DNA from: Takakia lepidozioides
Lineage: Eukaryota; Plantae; Bryophyta
Assembly (NCBI GenBank): GCA_030704615.1
Contig: CM060734.1
Coordinates: 62,930,001 to 62,994,000 of the forward strand
Reading direction: 5' to 3'
DNA: 64,000 bases
Shown here: positions 13,101 to 23,987 of the stretch, in pieces
Position numbering within the stretch: position 1 is the stretch's first letter
Layout: each line of letters opens with the position of its first letter
Notes under the pieces: model-generated
Told to the model about the DNA's origin: nothing
What the model saw: only the letters and a program-made list of their open reading frames with translations
Database searches by the model: none
Program-made: the position numbers and the translations under genes

Positions 13101-13748
13101 AAATTGTTGAAGAGGCCAATGTGGCCAGGTGAGGCACGAGCGGTTAAAAGGTTTAGGAAGGTTCAACATCTGATAGAATATAGTGTTGTGCTAGGTAGTG
13201 AGAGCTCTGATCCATCGACAGAAAATAAAAAAAAGGACAATGATGATGTTGATGAGATCATCGAGAAAGTGGTGGACGATGTGGAGATGGAATATGGGGA
13301 CGCTACCAGTGAGGGCACTCCTTAACCTTGTTACCCTTAAACGTTTATGTAAATTCAAAAATTTGTTTTGTGTTTATTTTCTGTGCAACTCCATGCAATG
13401 GATGGAGAAAAAAAGTAGTATGACTGATTGTCTTCAAGCATGGAAAATGTTGGAGTACATCTGCATTCTAAGCAATATTCACAGTCCATGCTTTTTTCCG
13501 AATTAATGTCATTTCATTGTGGGCCAGAAGTCAGCACAGACTTCCCGGTCCCTACTTGTATTTTCTTATTTACTGAAGCACATGATCTATTTTTGGGAGA
13601 AATCGGCACAGACTTCCGCCTGCCCTTTTTAAGTTACATTTCCCGTACCTTCTGTTCCAAAAATCGGCACAGACTTTACTGATCACCGGGCACGAGAAGT
13701 CGTTGCCGACCTCCCGTTTTCCTCCGCCCTCGGTTAACTCTGGCAGTG
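10145..13748 (+). mobile_element. Probable CACTA-type (CACTG-ended) DNA transposon remnant with fragmentary exons and dispersed palindromic repeats
   Basis: Ends in ..ctctggCAGTG at 13748 (reverse complement CACTGCCAGAG). Carries about 10 copies of GAAGTC(G/T/A)GCACAGACTTCC, clustering toward that end. No recognisable transposase. Confidence 0.4.
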
Positions 13749-15744
13749 TATGTGACACGCGGAATTGGGTGGTACACCTTCCAATACCGTGCATTTATAC
13801 ATCCTAGACATTAAGTATGTGGCCATATCAGCTTCGCACACATCCCGAACCGGATCCGAGCCTCCAACATCCATTTGGATTTTGGTATGGAGGAGGTTCG
13901 GGAACTCTGCACATGGCTCATGACTCATCTGCTCATGGCTCATGAAAAAACAACCCCCCTGCTCAGTAATTCCCCCCCCCAACCTTTTTTCTTTTTGTTT
14001 TGTTTCGTCATCTCTTCCTCTCTCTTCCTGTCTCTCTCTCACTTTTGATGTGATATACAAGTTATGGACAACTCTCGACATCTTTCCCTTGATCCCACAT
14101 GACAAGACAGACCATAGACCATCTCCCCACCCTGACCTACCTCTGTTGTTGCGGCTCCTGCTGCTGCTGGTGCTTCAAGCGAGCTGTTGCGGTGCTGTCG
14201 CGGCTGCCAACGGCGCGGGTCCCCGCCGCTGCAAGGCGTCTCTCCCCCGTTCACCACGGCTCTCTCTCTCTTCAGCTCGTTTAGATCGCGCCTCTGCGCG
14301 GCATTTCTACCACACTAGGGAGAGAGAGATCAGCCCGTGCCTAGGGCAAGAAAGCAAGAGAGAAAGTGAGGGAGGAGGCAGTGCTTACCTTGGGCGTTGG
14401 AGAGGCATAGGGGCAAACTCCTTGGGGCCTTGTGACCACCTCGGGCTCAGCAGCAGGTGTGTTTCTCCTCCACCCTAAACCCCACTATCTTAACTACCTC
14501 TCTCCCAAAGAACAAATGAAAACGGGAGGGGAAGGAGGTGCTTCAAGCACTTAGGGGGAAAAAAAAAACGCGGCGCCTACGTGCGACACCCAACCGTCGC
14601 ACGCCTGCACCCCGCTTTTAAAAAAAAATGTATAAATGGTATTCTCGACGGCGGGCCGTCGCTGCTTGCGACCCCCGGCCCTATAAATAAATAAATAACG
14701 TCGACTCCCGCGACGGCTTTCCGTCGCGGGGTGCGACTCCTGGCTAAAAATTTGAGAAAAAATGCGTTGCCAAATGATACGTGAGGGTGTCGCAGGAGGC
14801 GACGGCCGGCCTTTCTGGGTGTAGGGTTAGGGCTTTTTGGGGTTCTTAGTTTTTATTTTTATTTTGTTTTTTTCATATGGTACTGGGTTAGGGTGTTTGC
14901 TTTTCTTTATGGTGCTGGGTTTTGGATTGGCGGTTTTGGTTGTGGGTCTTGGGGTTGAAAAGATAAACGGTGTAATTAGGATTCACATACCCAAAATGTG
15001 GTTCAATCTGATAAGCGCAAAACGCTGGGTCTCAATAAATTTTTCCATGGTGTGGGCATCCTGAAGATAGAACGTGAGGAAGGATTTATTGTCTTGGGCT
15101 CTCTAGCACCATAGGGATGATCCGCCTTTGGTTACCAATTTTGAAAGCCCCGAGGCTGAGGCATAGGGTTTTTTTGCCAACGGTTTTTGAGAAATGAAAG
15201 TGCTGGTGGTGTGTGTTAATTAAGATGCGATGGTGAAGAAACATCGACCCGTCTCCCTCGAGGATGGGGAGGTAGTACCACATATTGATTATGGCCCTAT
15301 AGCAACCGTTTTTCGTGGCGAGGAGCCACCCATTGCACCTGATCCAATACAGACTGCCGGGCAAATCGTAGAAGGGACCGGGGCCAAATCTCAGGTGATG
15401 CGGAGGATGTTGACACTCCGGGATCGAGTCGAGCGCGCCACGGGTTGCCCCCTCGCGGGCCACCACGTCCAACCACGTCCACCTTTGACCCGCCCGACAG
15501 GATTGAGTGTTGGTGCACTAAGTGTTGGGAACGGATACCGCCGGGCGGCACCAGACCACCAAGGCGGCGAGCGCGTGTTGTCGAAAAACATTACAAGAAG
15601 AACAGGATTGCGGATGTGGCAAAGGTGAGTGTTTTTCCCACCCCTCTCATTAACATTCATTTAAGATACATTTTCCCACCCCTTTCGTCTCAGGAAGCGG
15701 CGGAACGGGGTTTATCTAATAATATAGTATGATTGGTAAGCATA

Positions 15745-16274
15745 TGTCGTGCGCATACATATCGCTACACAACTACATCGCTGTCCAAACCACACCACAC
15801 ATATATGCACAATAAAGTAGTCTGCCACAATGATAAACAAGCTAAAAAAGGACACACACTCCCAACACAAGAAATATAAAATCCATCGCTATCACTCATT
15901 GAAACTGAAGTCGAGCCAGGGGCACCCCAAGCTATGGGGACTCCACCCCACAACAACCTGTACCCCTACATAAGCACACTCAAACCTAAACACATGCAGG
16001 AGCTCGGTCGCGCAGGCTCAACTCGATAAAGATGAGCCGCGCGACTGCCGCTCTCGTGAAGATAAGACGGACCAGGTGTCAAACTAAACTTGACACCTGA
16101 TTTAACACTTGACCTAAATCCAAGTGTTAAATACAAATAACTAGTTCTATTCTAGCTGTTTTCACACTGTGCTTATTTAACTTGACAGCTGTCGTGCGCA
16201 TACATATTGCTACACAACTACATCGCTGTCCAAACCACACCACACATATATGCACAATAAAGTAGTCTGCCACA
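15745..16274 (-). repeat. 3' terminal structure: full LTR (16274-15831, TG..CA, directly after the PPT) plus an extra copy of its first 85 bp (15829-15745)
   Basis: Segment A (85 bp) lies at 15745-15829 and 16190-16274 (1 mismatch). Segment B (357 bp) lies at 15831-16187. The B/A junction is GACA-GC-TGTC at 16184-16193. The minus-strand polypurine tract AGGGGGGCGA is at 16276-16285. Confidence 0.9.
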
Positions 16275-16534
16275 ATCGCCCCCCTAGCTGGTGGATAGGT
16301 CCCTCTACCTCCAGATAGCTACAAGATGTAATAGCCACAGCCGTACTAAGTCCTCTATCACTGTCCCTATTGTACTCAAACTCTATAGACCAAGAGGCCG
16401 GGTACAAGAGTAGCCCCATCGTTAGTCGCCATCTTGCAATCTGTGAACTTGAGCCAGGACCTCGTGTGTTCAAGGTCTCCTAGTAGCTGGGCCTTGCGTT
16501 TCTTGTTAGTCTTCCATGGTTGTATCCACTCCCA

Positions 16535-16690
16535 CTATCCAATGCAATGTGGACATAACCAATCCCCATCCGGAACCATCTCAAGAGGTGGAGTCAAGCA
16601 TCCCATATGCCAACCTCTAGAGCATCGATCGCACACCAGCATGGTGGCTGCCCCTTTAGCAGACCCACACAACATGCACCTCAAACCTGC
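16535..16690 (-). CDS. PHD finger at the C-terminus of the retrotransposon integrase
   Basis: CMLCGSAKGAATMLVCDRCSRGWHMGCLTPPLEMVPDGDWLCPHC is a C4-H-C3 PHD pattern with the typical P..W.CP end. Confidence 0.92.
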   Translation of the reverse strand, partial: AGLRCMLCGSAKGAATMLVCDRCSRGWHMGCLTPPLEMVPDGDWLCPHCIG

Positions 16691-16824
16691 AGATACCACT
16701 ACCAGGTTTGGGTCAATCCTGCCATCACATTCGGAAGGTGACATGGCGCACAATTACGCACATGGTCCTTCCAAGTTATGCCATCCCGACCCTCCAAGAC
16801 CAAGACGCCTGAGGGCAAGACCTC

Positions 16825-17900
16825 TCAAACCCTCAAAATAACACGTCCTGCAGTCACATCCAGGGTCGTAGGAGCAGTCTGCTGCAGATAGACATAGTCA
16901 CCAGGGTTGAATCTCCGAACCCCAGGACGATAGCCCCCACCACGTATGGTAGCATACCTCAACGTATCACGGTGTTGTGCAATGGCAAGGTTCTCGAAAG
17001 CCATGGGCATGACTCTCTTGAACAACTCTGCACGCTGCTCACATGCACGTGCCCACACGTCCGGATCGTCAAGGTTAAGAACTGTAGCAGCTTCTCTGCG
17101 AATGGATGTAGGCAAATCCGGCTCTCGGCCAAAGAGAAGAAAGTATGGTGAGAAGGAGGCAAGTGATGCTTGCTTGCTGAACCTGTAGCCCATGGCTAAC
17201 CAGGGTAACTGAAGGTCCCAATCTCCTAGGTGTCCCTTCTGCAAGCCATACTTGCGCAAACCCCTCTTTACCGTCTGAACAACTCTCTTTGCCAAGCCAT
17301 CGGCTTCAGGATGATCCCGAGAAGTGGTGCGGTGGTCTATCAAGGCCTTGTCACACAAAGCCTGAAACTCCCCCAAGAACTCTCTCCCTTGGTCCGTGAG
17401 TACCTCAGCTGGAGCACCGAATCGGCTAAGCACACAATCCAGGAATGCATACGCAGCTCCCTCACTAGCCTTATCAGGCAATGGAACCAATTCAATCCAC
17501 TTGGAGAAGTGCTCCACCATCACCAACACGTACTTGTTGTGGCGCATGGTCAGTGGCAACGGCCCTGCGAAGTCAAGACTCCACCTGTAGCCCAATCCCA
17601 TGATCGGAAGAGGGTGCAATTGTGGAGTAGGGGCGTTGAATGAAGCACGCACCCTGTCACACACCATGCACCTAGCCACAAATTGTTGCACCTCTGTGTG
17701 CATACCACGCCACCAATACTGCCCCTGCAGTAGACTATGAGTGCGTCGCACCCCAAAATGCCCCAACTCCTCATGGGCATGCCGCACTAACCGTGCCCGC
17801 TGTGTTGGGTGAGGCACAATCCTCACTCGACCATCCTCCCACACTCGGAGCAGGTGTGTCCCCTCCCACCTGAACCTCTTGGCTCGTTGTAGGATCCGAT
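16825..17900 (-). CDS. Retroviral-type integrase (HHCC + DDE core)
   Basis: HEELGHFG..CMVC zinc-binding motif, WSLDFAGP, VLTDQGREF and HPEADGLAKR (the third catalytic E reads K in this copy, codon 17288-17290), then RRFNPGDYVYL. Confidence 0.93.
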
Positions 17901-18152
17901 CCCTCTCCTTGGCAGTCATAGTGGCTGTCCGTGTCTCCACTGCGGAGGTAGTCCAACACAACTGAATCCTCATGTATATCTTTGGCGCCACCCTGCTCAT
18001 TGCTGGCCTCAGGGTCCTCAGACACTTGATCTACAGTCATCCCTGTTGTAGGTCCAACCTGGCCTTCCGCTGCCAAGATACACAAAAATGCAGATGCATG
18101 CCATCCGGGCACCATCTCCTCGTCCGTCTCACCATGCCACCGAGCTCCAGTG

Positions 18153-19511
18153 TCATCCTGCTGGCTCGTGCATGGATTGCGACTCAACCCATCTGCATCT
18201 GCATTGACCAAACCCGGTCGATGCACACACCTGAAAGTCATACTCTTGAAGGATGAGTGCCCACCGTGCAAGCTTCCCCGTAAGCTTGTCTGACTCCATC
18301 AACCACTTGAGTGGTTGGTGATCCGTGACAAGGGTGAAGAGATTGCCGTATAGATAGCACCTGAAGTGTGCCACGGCCCACACTGCAGCTAAGCATTCTC
18401 CCTCATATGAGCTATACTTAGACTCTGCAGCATTGTTCGAGCGGCTAGCATAAGCCACTACGAACTCTCTTCCCTCATCATCCACCTGTGTGAGCACCGC
18501 TCCAAGCCCCAGCATGCTCCAATCTGTATGCAGCTGAAAAGGACGCCCCCTGATAGGTCGTCTCAAGATGGGCGCCGAGGTCAACCTCGCCTTGAGCTCT
18601 TGAAAAGCTTGTTCTTGCTCATCTTCCCACTGCCACTCCTGGTCCACCTTGGTCAGCTTGGTTAGAGCCTTTGCAATGGCACTAAATCCCTTAACAAACC
18701 GTCTGTAATAGTTTGCTAACTCCATGAAGGCTCGAACTCGGCTCACATCCGTGGGGCGTGGAACCTGTGCAATGGACTCTACCTTAGTCTGCTGTACCCC
18801 CAATCCTCCAGGATATATCATGTGACCCAGATACTCAATCTGGTTGTGGAAAAACTTGCACTTGCCCGGATGTAACTTCAATCCGTGCGTCCTCAAGCGC
18901 TCAAATACCCCTTGAAGGTGTCTCTCATGCTCCTCCACCGTAGCACTAAAGATGATGATGTCATCTATGTAGCACCGAGCAAACTCCACCCCTGCTAGAA
19001 TCCTGTCCATGACTCTTTGAAACTCAGCGGGAGCGTTTTTAAGCCCAAATGGTAAGAACCGCCACTGGTATAGGCAATCCTTCCCGTGCTCATTGATCCC
19101 CCAGAATGCCGTCTTTTGCTTATCCGCCTCCTTGATCGGCAACTGGTGATATCCGGATCGTAAATCCAACGTGCTAAAGACCTTGGAATGCCCAATGGCA
19201 TCAAAGATCTCCTCTGGTGTTGGCATGGCATACCTATCGGACTTGGTCTGACGATTTACAGGCCGGTAATCACCGCACATACGTCTCTCCGTCCAATTGC
19301 CATAGACATCCTTCTTAGCTGGCATCACTGTGGCTGAAGCATACTCTCCACCAGAGAGCTCCACCAAACCTACCTCCCAGAGATCTTGAGTCCTTATCTG
19401 AATCAAAGACCTCTCCATGTCACTGTATCTATAGGGTCTCCGAAAGATTGGCGTGTCAGTGGCCAACTCAATACGGATCTCTTGACCCTTCAGTGCTCCC
19501 AAGTCCTTCAA
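18153..19511 (-). CDS. Reverse transcriptase and RNase H (gypsy pol)
   Basis: RMCGDYRPVN, FSTLDLRSGYHQL, LPFGLKNAP, CYIDDIII, LHTDWSMLGLGAVL, YEGECLAAVWAV, TDHQPLKWL. Confidence 0.97.
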   Translation of the reverse strand: MKDLGALKGQEIRIELATDTPIFRRPYRYSDMERSLIQIRTQDLWEVGLVELSGGEYASATVMPAKKDVYGNWTERRMCGDYRPVNRQTKSDRYAMPTPEEIFDAIGHSKVFSTLDLRSGYHQLPIKEADKQKTAFWGINEHGKDCLYQWRFLPFGLKNAPAEFQRVMDRILAGVEFARCYIDDIIIFSATVEEHERHLQGVFERLRTHGLKLHPGKCKFFHNQIEYLGHMIYPGGLGVQQTKVESIAQVPRPTDVSRVRAFMELANYYRRFVKGFSAIAKALTKLTKVDQEWQWEDEQEQAFQELKARLTSAPILRRPIRGRPFQLHTDWSMLGLGAVLTQVDDEGREFVVAYASRSNNAAESKYSSYEGECLAAVWAVAHFRCYLYGNLFTLVTDHQPLKWLMESDKLTGKLARWALILQEYDFQVCASTGFGQCRCRWVESQSMHEPAG

Positions 19512-19959
19512 ACTGAAGGCAAAGCAATTCCTGTAAGCCCTCAGGAACCGCCGTATACGTCGTCTCTCTCTCCTCCGGTGACAGTGGGTCCAATGTCAGG
19601 CTCCCAATTGTCCTCCGTAACTGCAACCTTAAGTCCAGTGGGCTTAGAGGTAGAGGACGCGTCCCGTGGTTGTTACGCTGCAACCTCTTGAGCAGTACCC
19701 CCTTCCTGCTCAGTCAATGACAAGGCCTCATCCTGCCCCATCATCTCATCATTGAGAACCTCCTCATCCCGAGAAGAATCCCCAACCTCATCCATCACAG
19801 CTGCCTTCGCTGCCAACTCCCTCTGAACCTCGAGCACCTCCCACGTGTGCCATGGATGTCTACACCTCGTGGTCCTCACCGGCTCGCCTCCACTCGCTGC
19901 CTGTACCGTCTCAGTAGGCAGAGAGACCGTCAAGGGAAGTGCACTCCGCACTCTACGTT

Positions 19960-20925
19960 GCTCAGCCATAGCCAAGCTGACAATCCAGGTCAAGCAATTG
20001 AGATCCATTGCTTGCCCCAACACCTGACGACGTGATGCCTCAGAAAGAGAAGGCACCGCCGTGGTCCCAGTGGAAAACCCCATAGCCCGCTCTCGCTCGT
20101 CGGCATTAGGCTCCACTAACTGCTGCAACTGAGCATCCCACAGGAGGCCAGGTCCACCATCCCGAAAAGCATGGGATCCTGGGAAGCTGAGCAGTGTAGG
20201 TAATGCTGCTCGTGGTTGACCCACCCTGTTGACCACTGCCAAAGGCGAACGGTCATCGTGTCTCACACGTTGAGACTGCCTTCCTGTGTCCAAAATGCCA
20301 TCCACGGTGAGGTGTGCTGGCCGCTGCACCCCATCAAATGCACGCTTGAGCAGTGCGGGTGGGATCAAGTTAGTCCACCATAGTCGTGGACGATGAGCCC
20401 GTGACCCCACTGCAGCTGCATCCAGCAATACTGCTGACCCAAGCCACAACCGGACTTGATGCACACTGGCCATCACCTTGGCCCGAGAATCACCCATCAG
20501 TGGTACATTCTCCAAGATGTATGCTGGAGATACAGCTTGATGAAGCTGCAAGCAGCGCAAAATCCGCACCATCTCCCAAAACAGACCCGTCCTCGAGTCT
20601 CGCAATCCATTGCCATGCCCAGCTGATGAATGCCCTTGGCAGGGCCAACCTGCCACTATCAGATCAATGGAGCCAACCTGCTCCAAATCTTGCGCCCCCA
20701 ACAAGGAAATGTCTGCTGGCAAGGCTTGTTGGTATCCACGAACTGCAGACACAGGCAACAAGTCAGGGTACTGCTGTACCAACTGAGCCACATGGCGCAG
20801 TGAGACGCGTCGTGGCAGTCTCATCCCTCTCCACATACAGGTAACGCCTTACCCCACACCTGCCTGTAGCACAGCAGCCAATCCGGTGCTGATCCCGCCA
20901 AACAAGTCCAGAAGGCAAATGCCTT
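19960..20925 (-). CDS. C5 cytosine DNA methyltransferase domain (DNMT3-like) embedded in pol between protease and RT
   Basis: Motif I LLDLFGGISTG, II YLYVERD (across frameshifts near 20850 and 20810), IV DLIVAGWPCQGHS, V GLRDSRTGLF, VI YILENV, VIII RAHRPRLWWTNL, IX ERERAMGF and X RRQVLGQAMD, in the canonical order. Confidence 0.92.
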
Positions 20926-21339
20926 CATCCGGCCGCTGCCACACAAGAGGTGTGGTGTCCAATGGTGACAACTGGGGTGGCCCTGGTGCAATCACCGCAC
21001 TCTCCTCCTCTTCTGACGATACAAAAGCTTCTACCCAAGCTTGTTGCACCCGTCCATCAGCAGCTTGCTGCAAATCCTTGCTCGTACCCCACAACGGAGT
21101 GTGAGCAACCATGGCAGGCAACTCCGCCGTACCATGCATGTCATCCTGCTCTGCTGGAGGTGGCACATCCTCTGCATGGGCATTGCCTTCCAGCAACTCT
21201 CCAGGCCAACTAACTGCAACTGTGAAGGCGGCCCCCCCGCTGGGCAGCTGCAATGAATATCACAGGGAGCTGTGCACGGCGACCATCCCCGACTGCCATC
21301 CAGGCCTGTAGGATGCTGACTCCTCCCAGAAATCCAGGG

Positions 21340-21700
21340 TGAAGCCCATGGGGTATAACACTGCCCACCAACGAGGACATCGTAAGAGACCGCGTCTGTA
21401 ACAATGGCCTTGGCTCGCATCAATGAGCCATCTACAGGATGATCCGGCTGCAGTCTAATAGCCAACTGATGCCGTGTCATGCCGCGAGCCTGCTCTGATC
21501 CTCCCAGAGATGTCTGTATCTGGAAAGGACAAGGCTCCATATCCGCCTCCATGAGGCCCAAACCTGCAATAGCAGCTCTGCCCAACATCAGTGGCTGAGC
21601 TCCCGAGTCCAACAAGACCCGCAGTGGCCGGTACTTCTTGCCTGCCGGTCCACTCAAAGTGAAAATGCCTCCCTGGTTGTCTAACAAGACAACTCTAGGT
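21340..21700 (-). CDS. Retropepsin-like aspartic protease
   Basis: RVLLDSGAQPLMLG active-site motif and downstream YDVLVG. Confidence 0.85.
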
Positions 21701-21923
21701 GTCACCATGGCGCGCTCAAAGGCTGGCCTAGCTGGCAGCTCCGTCAACCTGGCAGCTGCAGCTTGCCAGGGCGCAGCCGTGGCAGTCTTGTCCCTCAAAT
21801 CCGAGGATCCCTCTGCCACTACACCTTCCACTAACTCCGCAGAAGATGAAATGACCTCCCCACTCTCACAGAGTGTTGCTGCTAGTCTGAACACTGCAGC
21901 TGGCCTTACCCCCGGCGTCGCAA

Positions 21924-23987
21924 TCATTGTTGCCGAGAACAGTGGGCCTGACACACAGAGGTGGCTGCCCCCAATAACACATCGGCCGCACTAGCCTTGG
22001 CAGCAGGAGTCAATGCTGCACGTGTAGCTCTCCCCAATGGCATAGTAACCTCCGCCTCGGTAACAGTCGGGCGAGAACTAGGTGCCATGGATGGCGTCGA
22101 TACAGTCTCCGCCAATGTGAATGACTGAGGAAGCCTCGCCTGACGGCTTGCCTCCCCACGCTGTGGATCCAATTCCACCTCTGCACCTCGTGGCTCAGGA
22201 ACTCGTGCTGCTCCTCGAGTCACGGCTGCAGCAGACTCCACCTGCTCTAGTGGTAGTGCTGCTCCGCACATAAATCCCATGCCTCCCATATCTCCTCCCT
22301 CAGGAGCAAGAGGTGGACCATCCCGCCTGGGAGCCGGTACCGCCTGAGCTATAGCCATGGCAGCGAGCCTCTGCTCTAGCTGCTGAAGCCGGTTGGCCAT
22401 GCCTTGATCAACATCCTGACCTCCGCGTCCTTGGCCATGTTGAGCTTGCCCTTGGCCTGCATCTCGTGCCCGACCACCTCGTCCTCTCTGGGCTGGTCCA
22501 CCTCGCCCCCGGCCACCATTGTTCCCTTGGAACTGGCCTGGGCGCAACTCAGGATGCAAGTCATAACACTGGGCATCTACATGCCCATACTTGCCACAAT
22601 GCCCACACTGCAACTGTGCAGGCTGTGCTTGTGCCGGCCTTCTGCCATTCTCTGGGCAATCTCTTTTGACATGGGGTCCTCCACATGTCCAACATATCAC
22701 CCCTGGTTGCTGTTGGCCTGCAAAAGATGCCACGGGCCTCTGCACCTGAGGTCCCCTGTGAGCTCCATGGAACTTGGGCTGGGCAACCTTGCCCCCCTGA
22801 CCACGCTGTTGGGCAGTCCCTTGTGCTTGTGGGCTGACAGCTGTGCCCCGTACAGGCATGTCCTTGCCAAATCCAATTGTAACAACTCGCTCCTCCACCA
22901 TGTTGAGCTCAATCCGCTCAGCCAGCAGAAACACATCTGCTAATGTGGGTTGGGCTGCTTGTAACAGGGTTGCATCTCGCACCCTTCTCTTGAGCTCCTT
23001 GTCCAGAATTCCATACCAAAACTGGATTGCCTGAGCTTCAGTAACCCCTTGGGTCACACTTATCAAGCGCCTCATACGAGTGTACGCCTCTCGCAGGCTC
23101 TCACTGGGTTTGCACTGGAAGTCTTGCAAACTTCGCAGCTTCTCTGTCCGTACACCTTGGTAGTTCCTCCGCAACTCCTGCAACTCCTGGAAGAACTCCA
23201 CCACCGGGTTGAATCTAGGCACATGTGTTGTAGTTGTGGCAGGAGGAGTAGGAGCACCTTTTGAATTGGTACCACCTGCAGAAGTACCAGCACTACCTGC
23301 TCCACATATCCCAGCCCAAAACCCCGGACTGACTGGCCTCCACCAAGAGAGGCTTTGGCAACTACAAGTACAAGGTAATGAAAATAGTACAGAGATGGAG
23401 GGGAAGAATAGAAGCCCGCCCAAGCAAGATCTAATCCTGATCTATGCTATCAACTTCCAGACTTCTCTCAAAGTGCCTCGCTCTGCTTGATGGTAAGGTG
23501 TAGGAGGTATATCTATGTCCAGAAACCTGCCACTAACCTTGTCCCAAGCTACAGTAGCTCGCTCTAACCAACCCTCCTCCTCTTTCTGCCAGGTAGAGAC
23601 AAAGCAATACTCTGCTATCTCCCGCTCACTGAACAGTAAAGAAAACAAAGGTAGGGTCTGATAGTCTCTCAACTCGAAAGCTTTGAGACGGTTGCGGGTG
23701 TCCTCATTGCGAATGACTGCATCTCCTTCACGCACAACAAACATGTCATTGCTGATGAACCCCCGCTCGTGGTTGCCCTGTGCAGAGCGTATCCGGCTGC
23801 AACCATGTCTGATTGCACAAACTTGTGTAGCTCCTGCTCCTCTGCTCCAGTACGCCACGGCCTTGTGGCTGAACACCTTGGTCCCCGGGGCTGTCTTTGG
23901 CTGTGTTCCAAGCCTAGCTTTCACCCACTTTGGTATTTCACCTACAGCTGCAGAACTGTTGGCTCCAACAGAATTCTGACTGTCCAA
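21924..23987 (-). CDS. Gag (capsid-like region plus two CCHC zinc knuckles), probably including the upstream 181-aa ORF
   Basis: FQCKPSESLREAYTRMRRL is retrotrans_gag-like. Knuckles are CWTCGGPHVKRDC and CGHCGKYGHVDAQC, followed by an RGG-rich tail. ORF 23442-23987 is collinear just upstream. Confidence 0.8.

Noticed and set aside
14820-14895. TAGGGTTAGGG telomere-like words
   Set aside because: Only one or two units within CACTA subterminal sequence; not an array.
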